The position numbers and the translations under genes were made by a program. The notes under the pieces were generated by a model. It worked only from the letters and a program-made list of their open reading frames with translations. It was not told the DNA's origin and made no database searches. Below, piece after piece: positions 19,704-28,307 of a stretch of DNA of 32,000 nt. The DNA comes from Mycolicibacterium smegmatis. Its GTDB lineage: Bacteria; Actinomycetota; Actinomycetes; Mycobacteriales; Mycobacteriaceae. The stretch's first letter is position 1, and every line of letters starts with the position of its first letter. The stretch covers positions 5,790,001-5,822,000 of the forward strand of contig NZ_LN831039.1 in assembly GCF_001457595.1 (NCBI RefSeq). The letters are read 5' to 3'.

Positions 19704-19799
19704 AGAATGATCTGTGCGGTTCGCACACCAAATCCGGCTCTTCGCACTTGACGGTGTAGAGACGATCAGCTGCTTTCGCGCTGTGATCGAGGGGTCTGG

Positions 19800-20552
19800 T
19801 TGGCTTGGGGTGTGCCGGAGAAGAAGCGGAAGAGCAAGAGGAAGAGCGGAGTGTCCGGGGGCAGTGTGGACCTGGCGTTGCTGCAGAAGCTAATGGCCGA
19901 CGCTGGTCGGAACGTGTTCGCGGGAATGTTCGATGAGCCGACGCCCGAGGTGCGGGCGGTGCCGGATCGTGCGCGGGGCTTCCGGGTGCGCGTCGACCTG
20001 ATGTACGCCAAGCCGCCGATCTGGCGTCGGCTGGACCTGCCGGGCGACCTCATGCTCGATGAGCTCCATGTTGTGCTGCAGGTCGTTATGGGCTGGCAGG
20101 ACAGTCATCTGCATAAGTTCGGTGTCGGGGCGGACCGGCGGACCCGTGCCTACTTCGTCACCGGGTTTGATCTCAGCGAAGGCGACGACGGTGTCGTCGA
20201 GGACAGCGTGCGCCTCGATCAGGTGGTGTCCGATAAGGGCGAGCGGTTGTTCTACGATTACGACTTCGGCGACGGATGGGACCACGTGCTCGTGGTCGAA
20301 GACGTTTTCGATGATCCGCCCCCGGCTGCGGTGTGTCTGACGGGAAAGATGGCCTGTCCGCCGGAGGACTGTGGTGGCCTGGGCGGCTATGAGGAGTTGG
20401 CTGCGTGGGTTCGCGGCGGGTACGACCCGCGGGAAACGCCGATGGGACTCGGTGCGCAGGAGATGAGGGACTGGCTGCCCCGGGGCTGGCACCCCGACCG
20501 TTTCTCGGTGGCCGAGACCAATGACGCTCTGGCCGCGTTGAACACGCGTTGA
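19800..20552 (+). CDS. tnpR: IS1096 accessory protein (TnpR; pRiA4b ORF-3-like), copy 2
   Basis: The translation matches ORF 16185..16937. Confidence 0.9.
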   Translation: MAWGVPEKKRKSKRKSGVSGGSVDLALLQKLMADAGRNVFAGMFDEPTPEVRAVPDRARGFRVRVDLMYAKPPIWRRLDLPGDLMLDELHVVLQVVMGWQDSHLHKFGVGADRRTRAYFVTGFDLSEGDDGVVEDSVRLDQVVSDKGERLFYDYDFGDGWDHVLVVEDVFDDPPPAAVCLTGKMACPPEDCGGLGGYEELAAWVRGGYDPRETPMGLGAQEMRDWLPRGWHPDRFSVAETNDALAALNTR

Positions 20553-20559
20553 GGATTCT

Positions 20560-21882
20560 TCACCGCCGAGGTTGACGGAGCTGGGTTCGGAAGCCTCCGG
20601 TCTCGAGCAGGGACCGGGCGATGTAGTTGGTGAGGTTGCGGAAGCCCAGGGCGGATCCGCGCAGGTGTTCGAGGCGGCCGTTGATCGCTTCGGTCGGCCC
20701 GTTGGAGGTGCCGGGGCGGTCGAAGTAGGCCAGGACGTCGGCGGCACGCTTCTTCAGTGTCCGCCCGAGGGTGATCAGCTCGGTCAGCGACGTGGGGACG
20801 CCTGTGCTCAGCGTGGTGATCAGTGCAGCCATCATGGTGCGGCCCTTGGTGCGGTCTGGTTCGCGGTAGGCGGCCACGGTGCGTTGATACATCGCCCAGG
20901 TGGCCTCGATCTCGGCGTGCGCGTTGGCGGCGAACAGTGCGGCCAGTCGGGCTTTCTGGCGGTCGGTGAGCAGGTCGGCCCCGGTGTGCAGGGTGCGTCG
21001 CGATCGGTAGAGCGGGTCGGTGCTGCGGCCGCGGTGCCCGCAGGTGGCCAGCTGCACGCGGCGTCGGCACTCGTCGAGGGCGTTGCCGGCCAGGCGGACC
21101 ACGTGGAAGGGGTCCATCACCGTGGCCGCGTCAGGCAGTTCTTCGGTGGCGGCGGTCTTGAACCCGGAGAACCCGTCCATGGCAACAACGTCCACACGAT
21201 CACGCCACTCCTGTGGCCGCTGTGCCAGCCAGTCGGCGAACGCCTTCTTGGAGCGGCCCTCCACCATGTCGAGCAGCCGTGCGGGGCCGGTCCCGTCACG
21301 CACGGGCGTGAGATCGATGATGACGGTGACGTACTTGTCGCCGCGGCGAGTGTGCCGCCACACGTGCTCATCGACGCCGATCACCGCGACGCCATCGAAC
21401 CGGGCCGGATCGGCGATGAGCACCCGCTGACCTTCGGCGAGCACGGCGTTGTTGGCAGTGTTCCACGACACCGCAAGCGCCTCGGCGACCCGGGCCACCG
21501 ACAGGTGTTGGCAGACAAGGGCTTCCAGCGCCCACCGCAGAGCACGCCGGGACAGCCTGGCCCGCGGTTCGGCTGCGGCGCTGGCATCCTGGCGCCACAC
21601 ATGAGCGCAGCCGGCGCAACGGTAACGGCGGATCGTGACCAGCAAAGCCGTGGGTCGCCACCCGAACGGTTCATGAGCCAACGTGCGAGTCACGCTGTCA
21701 CGTACAACGCCTTCTTCGCCGCAGCGGCGGCACCACCGATCCTCATCGGCGACCCGGCACGCCAGCACGGCCCGATCAGGGTCGAGGCGTTGGCCGGTCA
21801 CCTCCAACCCGAGCTCGTCGAGGCGGCAGAAAGTCGTCAGGTCAGCGCAGGCGAAGCCCGCCCGACCGGTAGCGTCAGGCAC
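20560..21882 (-). CDS. tnpA: ISL3-family transposase of IS1096 (TnpA), copy 2
   Basis: The translation matches ORF 14855..16177. Confidence 0.95.
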   Translation of the reverse strand: MPDATGRAGFACADLTTFCRLDELGLEVTGQRLDPDRAVLACRVADEDRWCRRCGEEGVVRDSVTRTLAHEPFGWRPTALLVTIRRYRCAGCAHVWRQDASAAAEPRARLSRRALRWALEALVCQHLSVARVAEALAVSWNTANNAVLAEGQRVLIADPARFDGVAVIGVDEHVWRHTRRGDKYVTVIIDLTPVRDGTGPARLLDMVEGRSKKAFADWLAQRPQEWRDRVDVVAMDGFSGFKTAATEELPDAATVMDPFHVVRLAGNALDECRRRVQLATCGHRGRSTDPLYRSRRTLHTGADLLTDRQKARLAALFAANAHAEIEATWAMYQRTVAAYREPDRTKGRTMMAALITTLSTGVPTSLTELITLGRTLKKRAADVLAYFDRPGTSNGPTEAINGRLEHLRGSALGFRNLTNYIARSLLETGGFRTQLRQPRR

Positions 21883-22110
21883 GTCGAGGTCTTTCAGATG
21901 GATGGCGTAGGAACCTCCATCATCGGAAGACCTCGACCCCTATCCCGGCACCGACGCGCCGACGACCTCTACACCCTCAACTGCGAAGAGCCAGCAAACT
22001 GCAGATATCCTACCGTCCCCGCAACACCGGGCCATGCACGATTGTTGGGCAAGTGATGTCCGATCTGCCGAGCCAGGGATGTCAGATATGCCAAACCGAT
22101 GTCCATCTGC

Positions 22111-22797
22111 TCACTGTCTGGTCGACAACTGTGCCTTCGCCGTTCGCGCCCAGTCGTCGGCAAGAATCTCATCGTCACCGCCGAGCAGCCCGTCGACGGC
22201 CATGGTGGCGATCACGGCCGGATCGCTCTTCTGGTCGGCGGGCACGTACGGGACCATGTCGGTGTCCATGTAGCCGACGTGCAGTGCCGCGACGTGGATT
22301 CCGCGGGGCGCGAGTTCGGTGCGCACCGCATCGGTGAGCGCCCACGCGGCGGCCTTGGCCGACGCGTACGCACCCGAGGTCGGCGGGTGCATCCAGGAAA
22401 GCACCGACAGCACGTTGAGGATCGCCCCGCCGCCGTTGCGTTCGATGTTGCGCTCGATGATCGGCACGAACGCGCGCGTGACGTTCAGTGTGCCGAAGTA
22501 GTGGGTCTCCATCTCGGCGCGGATGTCGGCGATGGGCCCGGACAGCAGATTCGCGCGCGTCGAGATCCCGGCGTTGTTGACCAGTACCGTGACGTCCTCG
22601 GCGATCTCGGCCGCGCGCCGGACCGACTCGGCGTCGGTGATGTCGAGCGGGATCGGCACGACGCCGGGCAGATCCACGGTCTCGGGGCGGCGGGCCGCGG
22701 CGTATACCTTGGCGCCGCGAGCGACGAGTTCGGCGGCGAGCCTGCGCCCGAGCCCGCGGTTGGCTCCGGTCACCAGCGCGACGATGTCGTGTGTCAT
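22111..22797 (-). CDS. Short-chain dehydrogenase/reductase
   Basis: The ATG at 22797 gives MTHDIVALVTGANRGLGRRLAAEL (TGxxxGxG), with VLVNNAG and SGAYASAKAA (YxxxK) motifs. Confidence 0.9.
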   Translation of the reverse strand: MTHDIVALVTGANRGLGRRLAAELVARGAKVYAAARRPETVDLPGVVPIPLDITDAESVRRAAEIAEDVTVLVNNAGISTRANLLSGPIADIRAEMETHYFGTLNVTRAFVPIIERNIERNGGGAILNVLSVLSWMHPPTSGAYASAKAAAWALTDAVRTELAPRGIHVAALHVGYMDTDMVPYVPADQKSDPAVIATMAVDGLLGGDDEILADDWARTAKAQLSTRQ

Positions 22798-22937
22798 GTC
22801 AGTTCTCCTGTCGTTCGGTGTCACACCACAACACCGACCGCAGGACCGATGAGCTCCCCCGCGTGCAAGAGATTGCCTTGCAGCTGCGAGGATTCGGATC
22901 GTGGCCGGACCACCGGCTGCCCGCACAGGATGGACCG

Positions 22938-24170
22938 ATGCAACACCACGCGCATGTCGCCCGCACCGCCGCGGCGCTGGCCGCCGCGATGGGGATCGGC
23001 CGCTTCGTCTACACGCCGATCCTGCCGCTGATGACCGCCCAGGCGGGGGTGTCGGCACACACCGCGGCCGACCTCGCGACCGCCAACTATGTCGGCTACC
23101 TCGTGGGCGCGGTGGCCGGGTCGATCTCGCCGCGGCTGGCCCGCTCACCGCTGGCGTGCCGGGTGTCGCTGCTGGTGCTCATCGCGAGCCTCGCGTTGAT
23201 GCCTGTGGCCACCACACCGATCGAATGGATGGCTCTGCGCGCCATCGCCGGTGCCGTGAGCGCGCTGGTGTTCGTGATCGCGGTCAACACCATGCTGGAA
23301 CACCTGCATTCGCATCCCGCGCACCTGGCGGGATGGGGGTTCGGCGGGGTCGGCGCCGGTATCGCCCTGTCGGCCGTGCTGATCCTGGCGGTGAGCGACT
23401 GGAAGGCGGCGTGGTGGGCCGCGGCGGGCGTGGCCGCGGTGCTCTGTGTGATCGCCTGGCCCATGCGGTCCGCACCGGCGAGCGCGCCGACGACGGTCGA
23501 CGACGACGCGCGGACACCGCACGGCCCCTTCTCGCTGCTGTTCGTCAGTTACACGCTGGAGGGCGTCGGCTACATCATCGCGGGCACGTTCCTGGTCGCG
23601 GCGGTCGCGCAGGGCGCCCCGCAGTGGCTGGGCGGCAGCACGTGGCTGGTGGTCGGAATGGCCAGCGTGCCGTCGGCCGCACTGTGGGCGGCGCTGAGCA
23701 CGCGGTGGTCGAATCCGGCACTGCTGACCGCGGCGCTCGTCGTGCAGGCCGTCGGCATCGCGGCGTCGGGTGCGGCAGGCGGTGTCACGGCTGCGCTGGT
23801 GGGTGCGGTGCTGTTCGGTGGCACGTTCGTGGGCATCAGCACGCTCGCACTGGCGGCCGGACGCATGCTGCGCTACCCGCGGGCCGTCGCGCTGCTCACC
23901 GCGGGCTACTCGGTGGGCCAGATCCTCGGGCCGCTGGTCGTGGCGCCCACACTGCATCACGGGTTCCGCCCGGCCCTGGTGATCGGGGCGGTCGTGGTGT
24001 CAGTGGCCGCGCTGGTGGCGGGGGTGGTGCGGGTCGTCGTCGGGAAGCCAGACCGCGGCACTGTCCAAACCGAAATCGCCGACGTCACGGGTGAACTCGT
24101 CGACGATGGCCAGAACCCCGGGGTTGGTGTCGCCACGCCGCCACACCAGCGACCACGTCCACAGCGGTGA
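22938..24170 (+). CDS. YbfB/YjiJ-type MFS transporter
   Basis: MQHHAHVARTAAALAAAMGIGRFVYTPILPLMTAQAGVSAHTAADLATANYVGYLVGA opens a multi-helix MFS fold. The final 171 bp overlap the LysR gene. Confidence 0.85.
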   Translation: MQHHAHVARTAAALAAAMGIGRFVYTPILPLMTAQAGVSAHTAADLATANYVGYLVGAVAGSISPRLARSPLACRVSLLVLIASLALMPVATTPIEWMALRAIAGAVSALVFVIAVNTMLEHLHSHPAHLAGWGFGGVGAGIALSAVLILAVSDWKAAWWAAAGVAAVLCVIAWPMRSAPASAPTTVDDDARTPHGPFSLLFVSYTLEGVGYIIAGTFLVAAVAQGAPQWLGGSTWLVVGMASVPSAALWAALSTRWSNPALLTAALVVQAVGIAASGAAGGVTAALVGAVLFGGTFVGISTLALAAGRMLRYPRAVALLTAGYSVGQILGPLVVAPTLHHGFRPALVIGAVVVSVAALVAGVVRVVVGKPDRGTVQTEIADVTGELVDDGQNPGVGVATPPHQRPRPQR

Positions 24171-24932
24171 CGGGTCGACGACGGCGCGCCGGGTCAGGCC
24201 GGTGGGCGGCGTGTCGTCCTGCCCCTTGGGGTTGTTGAGCACCGGCCGACGTAGTTGCCGCACGTGTTCGAAGAACGTCGGCCCGGTGACGCCGCCGTCG
24301 TCGGTGCGCATGACGCGCGCCCCGGTGGACGCGGCGAACTGTTCGGCGTAGCGGTTCCACGACGACCAACTCGTGGTGTCGTCGTCGATCAGCACGGTCG
24401 TGTCGGCGGCCCGGATCGGACCGGTGCCGCTCCCGGCGTCGAGCGCGTACAGGCGGTCCACGCCGATCAGCCGCGCCGACAGGTCCATCGCCTGCAGATC
24501 GGCGTTCTGCACCCAGCAGATCGCGAGGTCGAGGTTTCCGTCGGCCACCCGGGCGGCCTGCGCGTGCGACGGCATCACCCACGTGTCCACGCGCAACTCG
24601 GCAACCCCGGCGGCGCGCTCGGCCCAGTCCGTCGGACACCACTGCACACAACCGATGCGCACCGGGTCCGATACCGCCAAACCACTTGCCTGCCTGCGCA
24701 ACTCGTCGGCCTGCGCGATGAGGGCGCGGGCACCCGGCAGCAGTGCGCTACCGGCCGAGGTGAGGGTCACCGACCGTCGGTCACGGTCGAACAGGGTGAC
24801 CTTGAGATCGCGCTCCAGGGCCTTGATCTGCTGCGACAGCGACGGGCCCGCGATGCGCAGACGTTCGGCGGCCCGGCCGAAGTTGAGCTCATCGGCCACC
24901 GTCACGAAGTAGCGCAACTGGCGTAGCTCCAC
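24000..24932 (-). CDS. LysR-family transcriptional regulator
   Basis: The N-terminal HTH reads MELRQLRYFVTVADELNFGRAAERLRIAGPSLSQQIKALERDLKVTLFDRDRRSVTLTSAG. Confidence 0.95.
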   Translation of the reverse strand: MELRQLRYFVTVADELNFGRAAERLRIAGPSLSQQIKALERDLKVTLFDRDRRSVTLTSAGSALLPGARALIAQADELRRQASGLAVSDPVRIGCVQWCPTDWAERAAGVAELRVDTWVMPSHAQAARVADGNLDLAICWVQNADLQAMDLSARLIGVDRLYALDAGSGTGPIRAADTTVLIDDDTTSWSSWNRYAEQFAASTGARVMRTDDGGVTGPTFFEHVRQLRRPVLNNPKGQDDTPPTGLTRRAVVDPSPLWTWSLVWRRGDTNPGVLAIVDEFTRDVGDFGLDSAAVWLPDDDPHHPRHQRGH

Positions 24933-25060
24933 CGTTGCAGCCTAGTAGGCAAAACCTCCCAGCAGAGAGGAAGCGCATCCCGTGAACCGGGGATCGGCGT
25001 CGGCCCTACCCATGTTGAGCAGGGCAACCGGGACACGCCCGGACCTACCAGGAGGACATC

Positions 25061-25759
25061 ATGAACACACCGGTCGTCATCATCACCGGCGCATCGCAGG
25101 GCATCGGAGCGGGTCTGGTCGCCGGATACCGCAAGCTCGGCTACGCCGTCGTCGCCAATTCGCGCAGCATCGGACCCAGTGACGATCCGATGGTGCTGAA
25201 CGTCGCGGGCGACGTCGGCGTACCGGGTGTCGGTCAGCGTCTCGTCGACGCCGCCCTGGAACGTTTCGGCCGCGTCGACACCGTCGTGAACAACGCGGGC
25301 ATCTTCATCGCCAAACCGTTCACCGAGTACACCGACGCCGACTACGACGCCATCACGGGCGTGAACCTGCGCGGCTTCTTCGAACTGACCCGCGCGGCGC
25401 TGGGGGCGCTGCCGGCCGGTGGCCACATCGTCAACATCTCCACGAGCCTGGTGGACGTGGCCAACTCGCGGGTGCCCTCGGCGCTGGCATCGCTGACCAA
25501 GGGCGGTCTGAACGCGGCCACACGCGCACTGGCGGTCGAGAACGCGAGCTGCCGGATCCGGGTCAACGCGGTGGCACTGGGCAGCATCAAGACGCCGATG
25601 CACGACCCGTCCTCGTACGACGCGCTGGCGTCGCTGAACCCGATGCACCAACTGGGCGACATCGACGACGCCGTGGACGCGGTGCTGTACCTGGAGCAGG
25701 CGAAGTTCGTGACCGGTGAGATCCTGCGCGTCGACGGTGGTCAAAGTGCCGGACTCTGA
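25061..25759 (+). CDS. Short-chain dehydrogenase/reductase
   Basis: The ORF contains VVIITGASQGIGAGL and VVNNAG motifs, INISTSLVDVANSRVPSALASLTKGG in the catalytic region, and GEILRVDGGQ. Confidence 0.9.
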   Translation: MNTPVVIITGASQGIGAGLVAGYRKLGYAVVANSRSIGPSDDPMVLNVAGDVGVPGVGQRLVDAALERFGRVDTVVNNAGIFIAKPFTEYTDADYDAITGVNLRGFFELTRAALGALPAGGHIVNISTSLVDVANSRVPSALASLTKGGLNAATRALAVENASCRIRVNAVALGSIKTPMHDPSSYDALASLNPMHQLGDIDDAVDAVLYLEQAKFVTGEILRVDGGQSAGL

Positions 25760-26111
25760 GGCCGTGCTGCGCGGCGTGCTCGACGAGTGGAAGGCCGGCA
25801 TCGACGCCCACGATCCGGCACGCGTGTCCGCGGTGTTCGCCGACGACGCGATCTTCCAGGGGCTGCGCCCCTACAGCGTTGGACCGCAGGGGGTTTCGGA
25901 CTACTACGCATCGCAGCCGCTCGGCATGACCGTCGAGTACCGCATCAGCGAGACGCGGCGGCCCGCACCGGACGTGGTACTCGGGTACGTGGCCGCCGAG
26001 TTCTCCTACCCCGACCGCGACACGGTGCACCTGAACATCGGTGTGCTGGTGGTCCTCTCGCAGGGGCAGTGGCGGATCGGTTTCTACGAGGCTAGCTCAG
26101 TGCCGGGATGA
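25746..26111 (+). CDS. SnoaL-like / NTF2-fold protein
   Basis: The GTG start gives VPDSEAVLRGVLDEWKAGIDAHDPARVSAVFADDAIFQGLRPYSVG...WRIGFYEAS. It overlaps the end of the SDR gene. Confidence 0.7.
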   Translation: MPDSEAVLRGVLDEWKAGIDAHDPARVSAVFADDAIFQGLRPYSVGPQGVSDYYASQPLGMTVEYRISETRRPAPDVVLGYVAAEFSYPDRDTVHLNIGVLVVLSQGQWRIGFYEASSVPG

Positions 26112-27084
26112 CCTTCTGCTCGAAGAGTTCGATGCCGGAGCGGTCGTAGGCCGCCTCGGGGAAGTAGAGGATCGCATACTCGCAGCCGAGGTCGCGGACG
26201 CGCTTGAGCTTCTCGATCACCTGTTCCGGTGTGCCCGACGCGGATTCGGGTGCGCTCATGGTCGAGAGCATGGCGTCGACCGCGTCCTCGCCCGCGACCG
26301 GGGCCTGCCGGGCCCGCAGCCGCTGGATGCGGTCCTTGACGTCCTTTTCGGACTCTCCGATCACCGCGTTGAAGTTGGCCGAGCGCACGATCGCGTCGAA
26401 ATCGGTGCCGACGGCGCGGCAGTGCTCGGCCAGGATCTGCGACTTGTGCCTGAAGCCCTCCGGCTCGGACGTGAAGTTGGTGTACTGCGCGTACTTGGCG
26501 GCGATCTTCAGCGTGACCTTCTCGCCACCGCCGGCGATCCACAGCGGGATCCCGTTGTCCTGCAGCGGTGTGGGCGAGACGATCGCGCCGTCCACCTGAT
26601 AGTGCTTACCCGAGAAGCTCACCCGCCCGTCGCGCCAGGCGTCGCGCATGATCTGCACGCCCTCGTCGAGACGCGCGAGGCGTTCCCCGGCAGACGGGAA
26701 GCCGTAGCCGTAGGCGCGCCACTCGTGCTCATACCAGCCGCCCCCGATACCCATCTGCACCCGGCCGCCGGAGATGACGTCGGCGGTGGCGGCCACCTTC
26801 GCGAGATAGGTCGGGTTGCGGTACGACATCGCGGTGCACATCTGCCCGAGCTTGATACGCGACGTCGTCGCCGCGTATGCGGCCATGAGCGTCCACGCCT
26901 CGTGCGTCGCCTCGCCCGTGGGCACCGGAACGGTGTGGAAGTGGTCGTAGACCCACAGCGAGTCCCACGCCTCCGTGCCGTCGGCGTAGGCAGCCAGATC
27001 ATGCATCACCGACCAGTGCCGATCGGTGGGAATGTCGACGAGATCCAGACGCCAGCCCTGCGGGATGAACAATCCAAAGCGCAT
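26092..27084 (-). CDS. LLM-class F420-dependent oxidoreductase
   Basis: The ORF contains LDSLWVYDHFHTVP-like (WDSLWVYDHF), IKLGQMCTAMSYRNPTYLAKVAATADVISGGRVQMGIGGGWYEHEWRAYGY and IPLWIAGGGEKVTLKIAAKYA motifs. Confidence 0.9.
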   Translation of the reverse strand: MRFGLFIPQGWRLDLVDIPTDRHWSVMHDLAAYADGTEAWDSLWVYDHFHTVPVPTGEATHEAWTLMAAYAATTSRIKLGQMCTAMSYRNPTYLAKVAATADVISGGRVQMGIGGGWYEHEWRAYGYGFPSAGERLARLDEGVQIMRDAWRDGRVSFSGKHYQVDGAIVSPTPLQDNGIPLWIAGGGEKVTLKIAAKYAQYTNFTSEPEGFRHKSQILAEHCRAVGTDFDAIVRSANFNAVIGESEKDVKDRIQRLRARQAPVAGEDAVDAMLSTMSAPESASGTPEQVIEKLKRVRDLGCEYAILYFPEAAYDRSGIELFEQKVIPALS

Positions 27085-27193
27085 GACACACGACTCTAGA
27101 ACTGAAAACCCGGATGTCCAGCCCCTGAGGGGTTTCCTGCATCAGATCCCCAGGATAGCGACGCATGTCACAGCATCTGGCTAGCCTGAGGTC

Positions 27194-27619
27194 ATGGCCC
27201 TCTCGAAAGACGAACGTGAACAGTTCCTCGCCGAACCGCACATCGCGGCCCTGTCCGTCTACGCAGGAGACAAGCGCGGACCGCTCACCGTGCCCATCTG
27301 GTACCAGTACTCCCCCGGCGGTGAACCGTGGGTGCTCACCGGCAACGGCTCACGCAAGCACCGGCTGATCGAAGCGGCGGGCCGGTTCACCCTGATGGTC
27401 GAGCGCCTGGAGCCCACGGTGCGCTACGTCGCGGTCGACGGTCCCGTCAGCCGTATCGAGCCCGCCACCGACGACCACCTCGTCGAGATGACCAAGCGCT
27501 ACCTGCCACCCGAGAAGGTCGAGGGATACCTTGAGTTCGCGCGGCGTGAGCACGGCGAGAGCGTCGTCATCCGCCTGACACCCGAGCACTGGCTCTCGAC
27601 GGACCTTGGCTCGGTCTGA
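27194..27619 (+). CDS. Pyridoxamine 5'-phosphate oxidase-fold, F420-type split-barrel protein
   Basis: The ORF contains EREQFLAEPHIAALSVYAGDKRGPLTVPIWYQYSPGGEPWVLTGNGSRKHRLIEAAGRFTLMVE. Confidence 0.8.
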   Translation: MALSKDEREQFLAEPHIAALSVYAGDKRGPLTVPIWYQYSPGGEPWVLTGNGSRKHRLIEAAGRFTLMVERLEPTVRYVAVDGPVSRIEPATDDHLVEMTKRYLPPEKVEGYLEFARREHGESVVIRLTPEHWLSTDLGSV

Positions 27620-27655
27620 CGGTTCCTGAAATCCGCTGCGGCTGCGGCGCGTAGC

Positions 27656-28105
27656 GTGACCGACGTGGCCGATCTGTCGTCTTTCGCCGAGTTGTTGTCA
27701 CGTGATCACGGGTTGTGTGTGCTGAGCACGCTGCGCCGCGACGGCAGCATCCAGTCCTCGGTGGTCAACGCGGGCGTGATGGCGCATCCGCACACCTCCG
27801 AACAGGTCGTCGCGCTCGTCGCGCTCGGTGGTTCGCTCAAGCTGCGCCATCTGCGCGCGGACCCACGTGCCACGGTCGCGGCCCGTGCGGGATGGGAGTG
27901 GGCGACGGTGGAGGGTACCGCCGAGATCATCGGTCCCGACGACAGTGACGTCGACGCCGAGTCGCTGCGAGTGTTGCTGCGCAACGTCTTCGAGGCCGCG
28001 GGCGGCACGCACGACGACTGGGACACCTATGACCGCGTGATGCGCGAGGAGCGTCGCGCCGCGGTGCTGATCACCCCGACGCGCGTCTACTCGAACCCGC
28101 ACTGA
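27656..28105 (+). CDS. PPOX-class F420-dependent split-barrel protein
   Basis: The ORF contains ELLSRDHGLCVLSTLRRDGSIQSSVVNAGVM and KLRHLRADPRATVAARAGWEWATVEGTAEIIGPDD. Confidence 0.85.
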   Translation: MTDVADLSSFAELLSRDHGLCVLSTLRRDGSIQSSVVNAGVMAHPHTSEQVVALVALGGSLKLRHLRADPRATVAARAGWEWATVEGTAEIIGPDDSDVDAESLRVLLRNVFEAAGGTHDDWDTYDRVMREERRAAVLITPTRVYSNPH

Positions 28106-28244
28106 TTTCCCCCGCCGACTCACCGCAGACGCACGGCGATACGCACGGGCCCGTACACTCCGGAATCGGCTTGGCCCGCAGCACGTTCGACGCGCGCGGA
28201 CACGGCACCGCGACGTCGTCCGAAGCGTAGGTCCCCCAGACGGC

Positions 28245-28283
28245 ACAAACCTGCCCTCCTCCGCAGGAGAAGGGCAGGTTTGT
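28245..28283. terminator. Bidirectional hairpin terminator between the convergent PPOX gene and fadB
   Basis: The sequence is ACAAACCTGCCCT - cctccgcaggaga - AGGGCAGGTTTGT, with a perfect 13-bp stem. Confidence 0.8.
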
Positions 28284-28307
28284 CTTCGCGCCGGTACCGA
28301 GGAGGCT

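Larger units (their letters stand above)
19736..21992 (-). mobile_element. IS1096-type element, copy 2 (ISL3 family), 2257 bp, inverted relative to copy 1
   Basis: It has the same termini and length as copy 1, and the TnpA and TnpR ORFs have the same translations. Flanks are ccaaatcc (left) and agcaaact (right). Confidence 0.95.

Noticed and set aside
14745-21992. A composite transposon made of two IS1096 copies carrying the ESX-like genes
   Set aside because: A unit that transposed as one block should have matching direct 8-bp repeats at its outer ends. The outer flanks are ggatttgg and agcaaact, which do not match. The cross-match of inner and outer flanks and the split gene fit an inversion instead.
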